From assembly GCA_002633005.1 (NCBI GenBank), contig NMRA01000054.1, positions 879,038 through 943,037 of the forward strand: a DNA stretch of 64,000 bases, given 5' to 3'. Source of the DNA: Phoronis australis. Taxonomy: Eukaryota; Animalia; Phoronida. The notes below the pieces were generated by a model. It made no database searches. It saw only the letters and a list, made by a program, of their open reading frames with translations, and was not told the DNA's origin. The translations under genes and the position numbers were made by a program. Of this stretch, positions 36,746-49,600 are shown one piece after another. Numbering within the stretch: the first letter of the stretch is position 1; every line of letters begins with the position of its first letter.

Positions 36746-39308
36746 GGTCGGTTGGTGATGCACCACCACCTAAAATGGCTGCCGTAGTGAGTGACAGCTA
36801 ACTCCTGCGTTATGAGTACTCAGTCAACTGCCGTCTTATGTTTTGTTTTCGCGGAAACCCCAGCACTGCTTAAAAACGTATGAAAAAATATGGTAAATAT
36901 AAACAGGGCTGAAAGTAATGAACTGTTCGTATTTTAGTATTATATTTCGAAGCTCATCTTGTGTTCTAAACTGATGAATGTAAAGGCAAGAACATTAAGA
37001 GTTGATACCTAGACAGTGTCACCGTCACTACTTAGCAGTATAGACGGTGATGCTCCCATAGGGCCTTCATACGCTGGAAGCTTTTATGTGTACGCCTCAC
37101 ATTGATTAAACCATCATAGTCACATATTGCTACAAGTACCTTTTGCGCATAGAAGGACACCTTAGGAGGCCGCCGATGTCTAATTCTTTCCAACTCGAAC
37201 AAATACTCCCGTCATCAAACAGTTTATGAGCAGTCCGTCGTTAACCAAATCGGCAACTTATCATTTTTGTGCTGCGCGTGAAGGGGGTATCACGTCATAA
37301 ATTATATCCTGCTCTTTGCTTGTTTCTTGCACGAAGCAATTTTTTCGCTGGGAAAGAACTGACAGTTCGATGTTAGATTCAATACGTCAACTTCACCCGA
37401 CTAGAAGTTTCATGCTCCGAACTTGATGGTGAGTTTTCTTAAGCATAGCAATCACTTTAGATAATTAGCGTAAAGCGCAACTGAATGACACCAGTTTTAT
37501 AAGGATAACTGGTTTAAACAAAACTATTTTATATAAAGACTGGTCTATAATAACTTTAAGCATATATAAAAACGAGCCAGTTAATTGTCTAAAATAGGTT
37601 GGAGCCTTCCTAATCCCAGTCCTATTGAAGGGTCTGATCCGTGTACAGTATATTATAGCAGCTTCAGTCGATGCAATTCACACGAGACACTGCATTGTTC
37701 ATGTCGACAGACTTATCTGTCACCCGTACTATCGCCACCGTTGTCTTATAATGTGGCGGTGTGAAGTGGTCGTTCTCTTGATTGATGTGTCTGTTTTTGC
37801 TGAAGCAACAGGTGCAATATCGAAACTTAGCATCATAAATTAGTTCTGAGGTGATGGGTTCAGGGAACGACAGCAGTCAGTCGTTCCGACCCCTGATCTT
37901 TGCTCGGTCATTTTTGTACTGTTGTAATTGAAGGACACATGGTACCCCTATGTTTGTCCATTGTCATACTCCTCTGGATCCGCGCTTTAGTAGCTATGGT
38001 AATGCCGATACCTCTGCTGCAACGTTTGTTTGTTTTCGGTTCACTTCACTAAAGAAACTGATGTCATATTGTTCGTCATATTAAAAGTAGGTGTGGTATT
38101 CTGGATTTGAAAAGAACGTGCGATTCGCCATTGCTTGAGACCGGCGTGTTATTCTATTCCACGAACGTGGTCTCGAGGAGCTGTCAGTTTTTGGGAAGAT
38201 TAAATATTACTTCTCATCTATGTACAGGTGAGACATTTCACCATTTTAAATGATATATTGTGATTTCTATTACAGAAATACATCTGAACTTGACAATTTG
38301 GCATCGGCTTTGGAACAAGGTTAGTTGAACTCGCCATGCCTTGACTGTGTGAAAAAGTCTTGTTCCCAACTTTTACTTAAAATGCTTCTAGAACCTTATA
38401 CAGGGCTCTTTTCAGGAAATGCGTCTAGACTACTTCGTAAGGAACAAGCTGAGATAATTTTAAACCAGCATATGGTTTAAATCAAGAAACATTTTAAGTT
38501 TAATTTTTCATGAAGCGCAGGCTTGTTGCCGCCTTAACTGATGCCCTCCGAATTCATTGTCTCACTACATGCAATTGATACACCAAAACATGCGACTTGG
38601 ATCGTAAACAAACGAAAAACAACAAAGCACAGATATAATTTTTGTTGCCCTGAATCTGAGTATCGATCTGCTCACGTCTAAAAGAGAAGCTTTTTTAGGC
38701 GCGTGCAAATATGTGCGAAACGCTTGAGTAAAAATATTTTCATATTGGTGCATAATAGACACATATACCCCAATTACATAATATCACTTGAAATTAATAA
38801 GACAATTCAACCACGAGATTTCCGTTGCAAATAGAAATAAGAATCGTAATATAACATGCATTAGTATGATGTACGTCTCAATGATTTTCCCCAGGGATTT
38901 CATCGCAGAAGCGCACGCACAGAAATTTCCAGTATCTTCATAAGTACCATCTACACTCACGATTCATATAAAACCTGGCAGATCCAGGATGTCGTAAGGG
39001 TGCGCACCACAATTTTCGATTGAAAACTCCTGCCCACCGGGGTAGGATTTAAAATCGCCATGCCGACGGAAGTTTTTATTATTCGTCTACAACCGTGAAA
39101 GGTGAAATTGTCAACATCAACTCTAAGAGGCTATGTTGGATTTATTCCAGCTAAGTCATGTGTCGGCCAATGTGGGAGAAGTTAGAATAACCGTCTGCAG
39201 CGTCAATGCAACTTGGTATGCCCCAAGTATGGTAACTGTTGCCAAGATTACTTCAGCGCATGAGTCGGTAAGTAGACCGGATGCATGGCACCAACGTAGT
39301 GTTTTTAA

Positions 39309-40662
39309 AGGCGAAGGCAACCTTTTTTCATGTCATTTTTAACAAAAATTAGGTTCGTTGATTATCCCAGACATGTTTTTCACTTATTTACTGCTTTTCG
39401 TAATTTAATTAATACTCGTCGTCTACTCCGGAAGTGACGTTTTGGGAGGCAAGAATTTCGCGCCAATTTCTTTTCATATAGTCTGACTGTGAGAGCAGTC
39501 GAGTCAGTCATTGTTCTACCTCGGTTGTGATAAGTTTGGTCGTCATTTGCTTTTGCTTAAGAGTCAGTCAACATGCCACGCTGTTGCTGCGTACTGGGGT
39601 GTACTCATTATCGTCTCACGTACAGAGGAAGAACTGTCCCATTTGCCCTAGTGTCCTGCGACACACTCCCACTAGAGGGTGATCTGAGCACCCAAACTGC
39701 TTAGATCCCGCCGTGTGACTCCCTCGCCACACACCTGACACCTAAATAGCTCCAATACAAGTCCACAATAAACTTATCAAACTTAGGCTCACCGATCTGT
39801 TCATTGGATGACGAACTGTCCTCTTCACTGGGTGTCGAACTCGGCCTGTATTCACTCCCACTACTCAACATCGCTGCAGGGCTGCTTACAGGCTCTGGGC
39901 TAGAGACAACAGCACAGGGCGAATCACTGCTAGTTTCCGGAATTGCACGCAATGGAGTACGTTCGGAGGCACGGGTGACAGTAGATGAAGTGCCTCCAGT
40001 CACTGTATATAGTGGCCATGGCTCGCGAGGCTTCTCGCTTCAAAAACGCACTTTTCGGGGTTGGCGACGGGACACTGCCGGGAATCAACAGCGACGGTAT
40101 GGTACCCTTCTTCAGGCGTTGTTTCGCAGGGACCTTCATCTTCAGCGTACATATCTGTGTCGTAATCTGACGCCAGAAAATGCTTGCCACACACTCGGTA
40201 ACCCTCCACTGCTTTGTACGTTGCGTGGACGGGTAGCGCTGCGTTCTTCACATGAACGAGCTAGCCAAGTACGGCGAAGTGTGTCATTCCTCGGAAAGCG
40301 TCGCAAGGTACCCAAAGCGCGTGCAAAGATTTTATAGTATCTTTGGCGCGTGTGAGACGATAATGAGTACATCTCGACACGCAGCAACAGCGTGGCATGT
40401 TGACTGACTCGTAAACAAAAGCAAACGACGACCAAACTCATCACAACCGAGGTTGAACAATGAGTGACTCGACAGCCCTCGCAGTCAGACTATAACGAAG
40501 AAATTGGCGCGAAACTCTTGCCTCTGAAGACGTCACTTCCGTAGTAGAGGACGAGAAATTAATCAAATTACGAAAAGCTGTAATTAAGTGAAAAATGTGT
40601 CTGGGATAATCAACGAACCTTATTTTTGCTAAAAGGGACATGAAAAAAGGTTGCTTTCGCCT
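39309..40662 (-). mobile_element. Kolobok-type non-autonomous element C (fold-back form, sister of element A)
   Basis: TTAA at 39305-39308 and 40663-40666; same arm structure and internal junction as A; THAP pseudogene with 22-bp insertion. Confidence 0.9.
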
Positions 40663-40999
40663 TTAACGAAAGGAATGGTCCTCGCTCGCACAGTGGCTCA
40701 ATAACAAAAATAAGTAAAAAGTAGTCTGAAAAAATGTTGCTCTATTTTCTACAACGGTCTGATCCAAAATATTCATTGCAAAAACTCAAAACTGAATATG
40801 CATTGTTTAAGTTGCTTTAAGTTTAGTAAGAAATTGTGTTACGACATAAGAATAATGGCAAAAAATATGCCTACCGAGTGTTGACCCTATGTCAGCTGGG
40901 GTTTTACCACTCTGAATTTGTGGGGATTTTGTAGTGGTCGCGTCTACTTTGTGGGTATTTTGACTTTGGGGTATCGTTTCGAGTAAAGTATATCTTGTA

Positions 41000-41453
41000 C
41001 ACATATGGCCTGCCTTGGACCCGCGACCATCATCTCGAGAGAGTCGATTCCAAAATTGACGAATCGTATAGGGGCCTACCACACGCTTTGAGTAGTTTCC
41101 AACATCATACGTGATTGGACAACTTTCGAATTGAGTGTGTAACAAAGTTTGATGATCACGGACCAAGGTGGTACCTGAAATTTGTGGTGACGCGGTGTCC
41201 TTCCTGTACAAAACCGTCCATAACCTGTTTGCTTTTCCTAAATTCGTACCTTTCACTCCTACATACCTCCAAATCAAGTAATTCCCACTCTCATATCTTT
41301 GAAAGATCATACATCCGCACTGCATACTACTTAAACTCCGATTTCTTTCCATCTACCATTTTACACTGGAATAGACTCCCACAATTCTTCATCTCGTCAG
41401 AAACAATAGAAATATTCACAGGTCACATCTTGAACATCAATCTTATACAGTAG
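41000..41453 (+). mobile_element. 3' end fragment of CR1/L2-clade LINE ORF2
   Basis: ..RTAYYLNSDFFPSTILHWNRLP.. matches the C-terminal SFFPRTIxxWNxLP motif. Confidence 0.7.
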
Positions 41454-43650
41454 GCGAATCAATAAAACCTGTTTTATCTTGGCACTCACCAGCATTTTGT
41501 TTTATCGTTATTTTTCACAGTTATGTACACCTCAGTTTTATACTAACATGCGCCAACAAGTAAGGATCGATACCACGATCGTTTGTAGTATATGGGAAGA
41601 AGAAGAAGACGAAGAAGAAGAGGGGGCGCGACAGTTATGGCAACCTGTAGGGTTGTTAGTATTCTCTTCATAATGTTTATTTTTGGCAACCAATTTCTCC
41701 ATTGTTCAGACAATGCGTTTGTCAGGATTTTTGGCAGCATCACCTACCTAGTGTGTGGGAGACGACCTCTCTCGCCTCGGAATGCATGTTCGCTTTGTGA
41801 AAAGATATTTGGTAGTGCACGCATACCTTTGCTCTTGTCGACTGTTTAGGACCCACCCGTTCTACGACTTTCACCACGAGGGTGGCGAAAGTTTCAAGGC
41901 TACTGACGTGCGCGGGCAAATGCAATCGACAATACGACAGGTCTCTGCCATGTCAATGAAACAAAGAATGTTCCAAGTATCGTAACTGTTGCAAGGACTA
42001 TCCACGACTATATCAAGGTACGGTAAGACCACTTCGTCTCGACTCGTTACCAGGCCTAATGGTCTGTCAAACAGGACTGCAGCCGCAATCTAAACCATCT
42101 GGATAGAGACCACCTTGAGGCCGATTCAATGGTTGCAACGATTGGTCTGAGAACTTCAGAATTTTATAGAACATTAAAAGCCTAAAAACTCGTAGTAAAC
42201 TTTATCTTCAGTGAAACTCGTCTATGTATATGGACTACTGCTTGTCCCACGATAGGAATAATAACTTTGTCATAAATTATTTTGCACGAATCTTTCAATA
42301 TATCTGTCTTAGCCCCAGCCCCCTATGATGCCCCACCCATGATTTAAAGCACGTAATTGAAAGCACTGGTTTGAAGTCTCCTTCCAAATGGGTATTCTTT
42401 GTTTTTCACAGGATCAGAGTGGAGCTTACAAACAGTTCTGAGTGTTAGTCAAAGTAGCTAAGGCAAGAGACTAGGCTGTGAACAGAGAATGAAAACTAAT
42501 TGCCCAACACTTTTGTGTTGTAAATCTGCAGAAGGGTCAAAACTGAACACCAAACCATACACCTTGAAAACAACATGTTCGAAGAAAAGAACAAATTGAA
42601 AAGATTGCTATGTACATTTTACTTTTAGTAATGAACAAATTTACAATAAAGATACTATACACAATGTACATGGATATCATCATCCTGCAATTTGGAATCT
42701 AAACTTATGAACACTTTTATTGACTGTTTCATCCATCGATTGCAGCTCAAGAAATTTGGCCTTAATTCGGGGACAATCTTGTGACACCTTCTTTAATGTA
42801 ATTACATAACTGGTGATGCGAGATCGCTTTCCCACCAGAGACAACTAAAAACGTGACTGTTCTGATTGTTCACGAAATGTCCACATCAACTCGATAGTTA
42901 ACAGCAATGATATCTGAGATATTGCAAAATGTCTGATTGCAAATTCCCATTTACCCACCTCCCCCGTTTGTAACTAAAACAAAATACCCTCAGCTTTGTC
43001 AACTGATTACAGAAAGTGTAATGCAGTTCATGCAGTATTCACAAATAAAGGTCATTCAGCACTTCTTCTGAAGTCTGTCAACAATCTTGATTGACAAGCA
43101 AAGAATTTCAGTTACATATCAGGTCTTAGCAGTCCCTTTACTCTCTCAGGGGAAGCGGTAGCATCCGAGATCAGCAAGCTCCACCATACCGCTTAACAGT
43201 GCCACCTTTGGGGCACAATACAAGGATGATGCATTGAGACAAGCAGAATTTTGCGTGTTGGCATCAATACACATGTCCAAGTTGTGTCAGAGGTAAACAA
43301 CTGATCCAGGAATGAGTTGGAGAAGTCTAGCGATTCCATATAGTGCTTAACTATACACCTTGTTATCTTGAGTGTATTAAAACAAGAACTTGAGAACAAA
43401 TGCATCACATTAGTCTGCTGCTCTTGAACCAGCCAAATATTACAAAGGCAAATCTCATCTTCCATCTAATCAGAATGCACGAATGCTACTTGGTTCAGTA
43501 ACCAATGAGAAGCCAGAACAACCCATCATGCTCCTAGCACCAGCAAAGAGTGTATAAGCTCCACCCACTCCAGTATTTCCAGGAAGAGATGTCCGTCACT
43601 CATCTTGTCAACCACTAGAATTCTGGTTCCAACATTGCCACAGCCCATTG

Positions 43651-46600
43651 TTAGAACTTCAGACTAAAGCCAACACCCACTGCTGATGTTCCCTTGGCTG
43701 CTGTTCCCATGTGGAACCCTGGACCACTGGCTGTCAAGGCAGCCTCATCATCAGGATCACCCTGTAACAAGGGACATGTTTTAAGTAAATGCAATTCGCA
43801 AGGGAGACATTTTCAGAATAGCAACACAGAAGGATGGACAATTTTATCTGGTGGGTCTCACACTTGCATGCTAATGAACACCGTACTTTCTCAGCAACAC
43901 AGTTCTTTCCTAACAAACTGCAATTCTTTTCTCCTAAAAAGCACAATTCTCCTCTTCCGAATTCGGCATTTTTCTCACAACCACCATTTCTGATAATACT
44001 ATGAACACTGTTCCTTTTTAACAATTCTTCAAGAGAAAAGAATGTCATTCATAAGAAAAGAAAGGCAGTTTACGAGAATAGAAATGCGTTGGAGGAAAAG
44101 AATTACGATTCATGACAAAGACCTACAATTCGCAGGAAAAATGTCTCACAGCAAGCCTTAGGGACATCAGGAAAATGGCCTCAACTCAAAACCGAACCTC
44201 CTCCTTTGAAATCCTGTTCTTAATCAATTAGTCATGAAAGACGTGGTTCTTCCTATGTTACCAAACCACTTTGACAAAAAATATGTTGCTTTTGAGGGAA
44301 AAATTCACCATTTAAACGTGATGGCGCAGACTTTTTCCTTTACATATTGCGGCGCAGGTTTCAAATTGATTCGACGCAGACGACAACCGATTATGTTATT
44401 TTACTTGGCCTAATCGCATACACTAAAAAACAAACCTGCTCCACTTTCAGTACCCATGCAGAACAATCTCCTCATGATAAAATAAATTACACTTGGTGTC
44501 TTCAAAAACCTTCACACTCACCATAAGCAGGGCGTAAGCCTTACCCCCTGATGGAGGTTTGGGCGTGGCCTGATGCTTGCGGGGCTGCTCACTTTTGGCC
44601 GGCCATGTGGGGAACATGGAGGGATCGACCGGGTGAGGCGACTCGTTGAAAAAGTCCACTTTGAGAGCCTCTTCTGCAGAGATCCTCCTGCCTGGATTGT
44701 ACGTCAAGAACCTGAGAAAAATGGAAAAAGTTCAAAACACACACAGAAATACTTCAGACGGTATGCCATGCTTAGTACCATACTGATTCAGTTATGTCCT
44801 CTGATTCCTATTTGACCATGAACTTAGGGTGCCTTAGGAGTTTTGCAAGACTTGGCACATATTCTGCAGTTGGCAAAACGCATCACATCAATTCACCCAA
44901 TAACCTATAGCAAAGCAATCGTTGCCAAATCCCAAGAAATTAATCAAACCCCTGTGCTTATTCAAACCTTCACTAACTTAGCTTCAACTCCTGAAGCTGA
45001 TTTAAGCAAGACAGTGTGTTAAATATACTTCCAAACTATCTGTACTGTAACCACATGACACATATTTTGTCATACATTTGGTATTTCGCTCAAAAAGCAA
45101 TCATTATTTTTTAGACAGAGGAAAAGACTCATTGACCCATTGTAACAAAATCAGCGACTCACTTTTTATGCAAACTTTGATCACTGAAAAACTCTTGCAG
45201 TCATTCACATATAACGTGAATTTTTACAATTTTCAGAGTTCTCATGGAACTCAAAAATGCGTAAAGTCAATTATTATTCCCTTCTCACTCATTGTTCCTT
45301 ACTTGTTCATCAGTTCAAAGCCAGCATCAGACAGGTAAGCACCGAACCTGTTGCGCAGAGTGTTATACGGATAGTCGGCAAATGTGCACTTCTTCATAGC
45401 TGGAAGTTCACTGACCCCAGGCCAGATTTTGTCACTAGGGGTTCCTAGGTCCTGAAAACACAACAGAACTGTATGCCACCATACTTCAAAAAGAATGTGA
45501 GCGAATCACAGCCTCAGAATACTGCCTAGTATTGGGCACCAGGATCGCCTTTTTAATTTGTTTCCTGGACATTTCCAAAGGCATAACACCATACATACAG
45601 CTACAGGTGATATGTTTTCAAGTCTCGTAAGATATTTATCACAAGCCTGTTGCAAATCTCTGCATTGTTAATGCTAAATTATAAAAAATTAGAAAGCATA
45701 AAAAGAACGAAGACCTCTGTCAAGGCACTGAAGATTCCATCAAAAATCCAACATTTTACAGTAAGCTGAATGGAAGGCACTCAATGCTTGCAGCCACAAC
45801 AGAGGAAAGGTTGAAAATTCCTTTCAACATACTGTAACTGATAAAAATGACAGGGTTCAGTGAAAAATTGGTATTTAAGCATGAAAAATAACGGGTGTAT
45901 TCACTAAATAAAATTACTGTTGATAAACTATAGAATAGATAATTGTTTAATTGTCAATAACTACGCAGTAGCAGACAAATTAATGCAACTAGGCTTACCT
46001 TAAATATTTTGTTGAGCTGGTCAATTTCTGACTTGCCTGGCCATAGTGGTTTCAGCGTTAAAAACTCAGCAAAGATACAACCAACTGACCACATATCAAC
46101 GGCTGTTGAGTATTCCTGTAGTGTCAACATAACTCAGTGATATCAGGATATGAGGACTATGTTCCAACACAGAATTAGTGTTACAAATATCAGTGGAGTT
46201 GCTACAGGAAACATGAGATAAATGCCTATGAATAATAGTTTTCTAATAAAACGAATTGGCAGGTTGTACATAAGAAATTAAACTTTATCTCTTTATCTAC
46301 TCCTCTTGTAAACTTAGTTACTGTAAAGTGACTAATGTATTTTACATAGTTTATGTCATGTAATTAGCTGGCCGTTGATCCATGATACTTTGTGCATTAA
46401 ATTGAATGTATGGAATGAACAGCACACGACAAAAGCAAACAAACAAACAAACAAACAAACAAACCAAATACTGTCTCACCATACTGACGACTAATTTTGC
46501 TTACAGCAATGACACTTCAAATCCTAACTACATAATAGTGTTTCCCCCGAACTTGACTTTCCGGTAACCCCCCCATCCCCCTTATTTCCAGCCAACTCGG

Positions 46601-49600
46601 ATGGTTCCCATAACAACAAATTTTACTAGCATTCTGTTGTCACGACTAGGAATGCCCATGCATTTGGTTACTTTCAGTGCACACTGTATCAGTACAAAGC
46701 CCATACAAAGACCGCAGTGACTGCCTACCTTAGCACCAAGTAATAGTTCAGGACATCTATACCAGAGGGTGACTACGATGGGCGTGTAGTGCTTTAGTGG
46801 TGAGCCGTACTCACGAGCCAGACCAAAGTCACCCACCTGTAATAACATGTGCAATGGTTACTGTGTGTAGCAGTGACTAACACATGACATAACTACCAAG
46901 TAATCGGTAAGCGTATATCTCTAACAAGGCAGTATAGGTACCTCATGTTATTACTATCCAATGCATTTAATATCCAAGAGCTAAGAAGTAGAAAGTGGTT
47001 ATCCTCGAGTTCTCATTTCTGAAGTTATGAACTTACTTATGGTAAAAGGCTGATGATGTGGTTATGCATACAAACATGTTAAATGGTGTTCGCAGGAACT
47101 TTAAAAGGATACTAAACTCGATTTTACACAAACTGGTTCTGTCACTTGCTACTATACAGATTGTACTTCAGACAAGAGATAAATCATTATTCACGTAAAA
47201 CCTCACACAGTGCCATTAACTTGCCAAAATCATTAGTCACACTCACTGATTTTGTATAAAGGCGTTTTCGAACTCGTTCCACACTTGCAGAGGTGACTAA
47301 ACTGACCTTGTCTTAGTTAACATCTACCAAAAGGTTAAAATTGTATTTGGTGTCCGTTTAATGGCACTGCGCACAGAAGCCGCGACCAGACTCACCTTGA
47401 GTATGCCCTTGTGACTGAGCAGTAAGTTGGATGTCTTGAGGTCCCTGTGCAATATCCAGTTGTCGTGGAGGTGAGCCACAGCCTTCAAGAGCTGCCGCAG
47501 CAGAGTCTTCACCTCCCCCACCAGGAATGGCTGTTTCATGGACTCCATCAAGCCCTTCAGGTCATGCTCCACATAGTCCATGACGATGTAGATCTTGTCC
47601 ATGTTGCTCCCAACCACGATCTCCTGTCAACGTAAAATGACACGGGTATCGATCACACTGTGTATCGCCCTTTCACAAGTTTTCAAAGATAGAATTTTTA
47701 TTAGGGAAGCAATTTCATACCACACAATGGAGATAGTAGTTACTATACGATTGAACATTTTCACTATTTCTCTCAGTGGTTGTCCTCAGAATGCTACTTC
47801 ATGGCTGGTCGTGTGACAAGATTTCAATTTTATACTTTAAAAACTAAAAAAATTCTTTATTTACCAATTGGAAGAAATCATTCAGAGTATCATTTTCATT
47901 TCCATTACTTATTTTTTCCATGAATTGCAGGCATGAACTTCCAATACCACTCACAAAATGAGACCATTTTATTTTTCCTTTGAAATTTTGTTAATTCTTC
48001 ATTTTTTACTTTTAGTCTGTTTTCCACGCATTGAAACTACAGTACAAAAAAAAAGTATTCAAAAAAATGACCCAGAATTCCCCCCGTCATGATGGCTGGA
48101 TGGAAGTAGAAATTCATCGTAAAAATAGCCTTCCTCGTGACAGAAAATGAAGGAGAATAGTCACCCCATAACACTTATTACCAGTCGTTTTTGCTGTTAA
48201 CAGACTTAACCATGACGATGTGACTCAAAATGTTACAGGTTGACTGGCCATTACATTAACTTCTGATACTGAATTAACTGAAGGTCTAACACAGTAAATT
48301 GTCAACACAGCCAGGACAACATTTACAAGAAATGAACCACCAGCCAAGACCAAGCCAACACAGTCACTCACCCTGACAGTGACAATGTTCATGTGCTGAG
48401 CCTTTAGTAATGTGTTGATTTCTCTCAGTGACGTGATCGGGAAACCCTCCTTTTCCTTCTCCATTTTTAATCTCTTGAGGGCAACTATTTCAGCTGAAAA
48501 AGGGCAAGAATGTCTGTCGTATAATTTTCAAACCAAACGCTGTTCTAAGTGAAATAAGAGACCAAAACTACAAAGAAATATAATCGTAAACTATAATTAT
48601 TTTAACAGAGTGCGCCATTTGTTGGCCATTTAATCATTTCAAGTCTGATATTTCTGTCCTGACCAGTGCTAAAATCTGGCAACTTTTATAACCAATGCAC
48701 ACATTCACTGGGTCATCAGAACCAAATGTCAATCAAACACATCTAATTAGATTGAATGCATGAAATTCAGTCGCACTCGAAATTAATGCCTTTCATTAAA
48801 GCCTATCTTGAATGGTAACACCTGTAAATTTGGTTCCTACAGTATGTTAAGAGCATCGCTCTGAGCCCACCAGTGTCATAAATTGCCAAATGTAACAAAC
48901 TGTTAGGCATATAGGCTTGCTTTCGTCTACGTCACCGCGAGAATCACCCTTTAATTCAAACAGCTGCGACTAAAACCCTCACACAATGGTGTTCTATTCA
49001 GACCCCTATTCAATACAACTGTTATCGGCCTTTTGCTGTTAGTGCAGGGATCTCGCGGTGACGGAACATTGCACGATAATGCAGCTTCACCTATCATTTG
49101 ACGGGTTTACATTTGCATGACTGAACTCGCGTTTTCTTATTTTACTAAGGCTTTGCTAGGACTATCTCGTTAGCCCAATACATGTAAAATAAGAAAATTC
49201 TGTTGAATTTAGGCTTTAAGTCTCTGACCAACCAGTATGTTGGCTCATTGGACTAGAGCGTCTGCAAAGATGGATGGCGAATTGACTTGACTGAAACGTA
49301 GCACTAATTTCAAAGACTTAGTAGCTGTAGAGACCTACTTGTCTTTTTGTCCCTCGCTCTGTACACGACACCGTACGTCCCCTCTTCGATTCTATTGAGA
49401 CAGTGAAATTCTTCAACACTCCTACAACCCTGAAAACAGGCAACAAGACAACATGTCAAAACAACGGTAAAAGTTGATCTCTTACTGACTTAAAAGTTGA
49501 CAGTAACACAGCCAATCACTGCACAACAAGACAGGAATCGAAAATCACAGTCCAGCCAGAAGACCCATTACTTTAGTGCGACCTTGCGCATATAAATATT

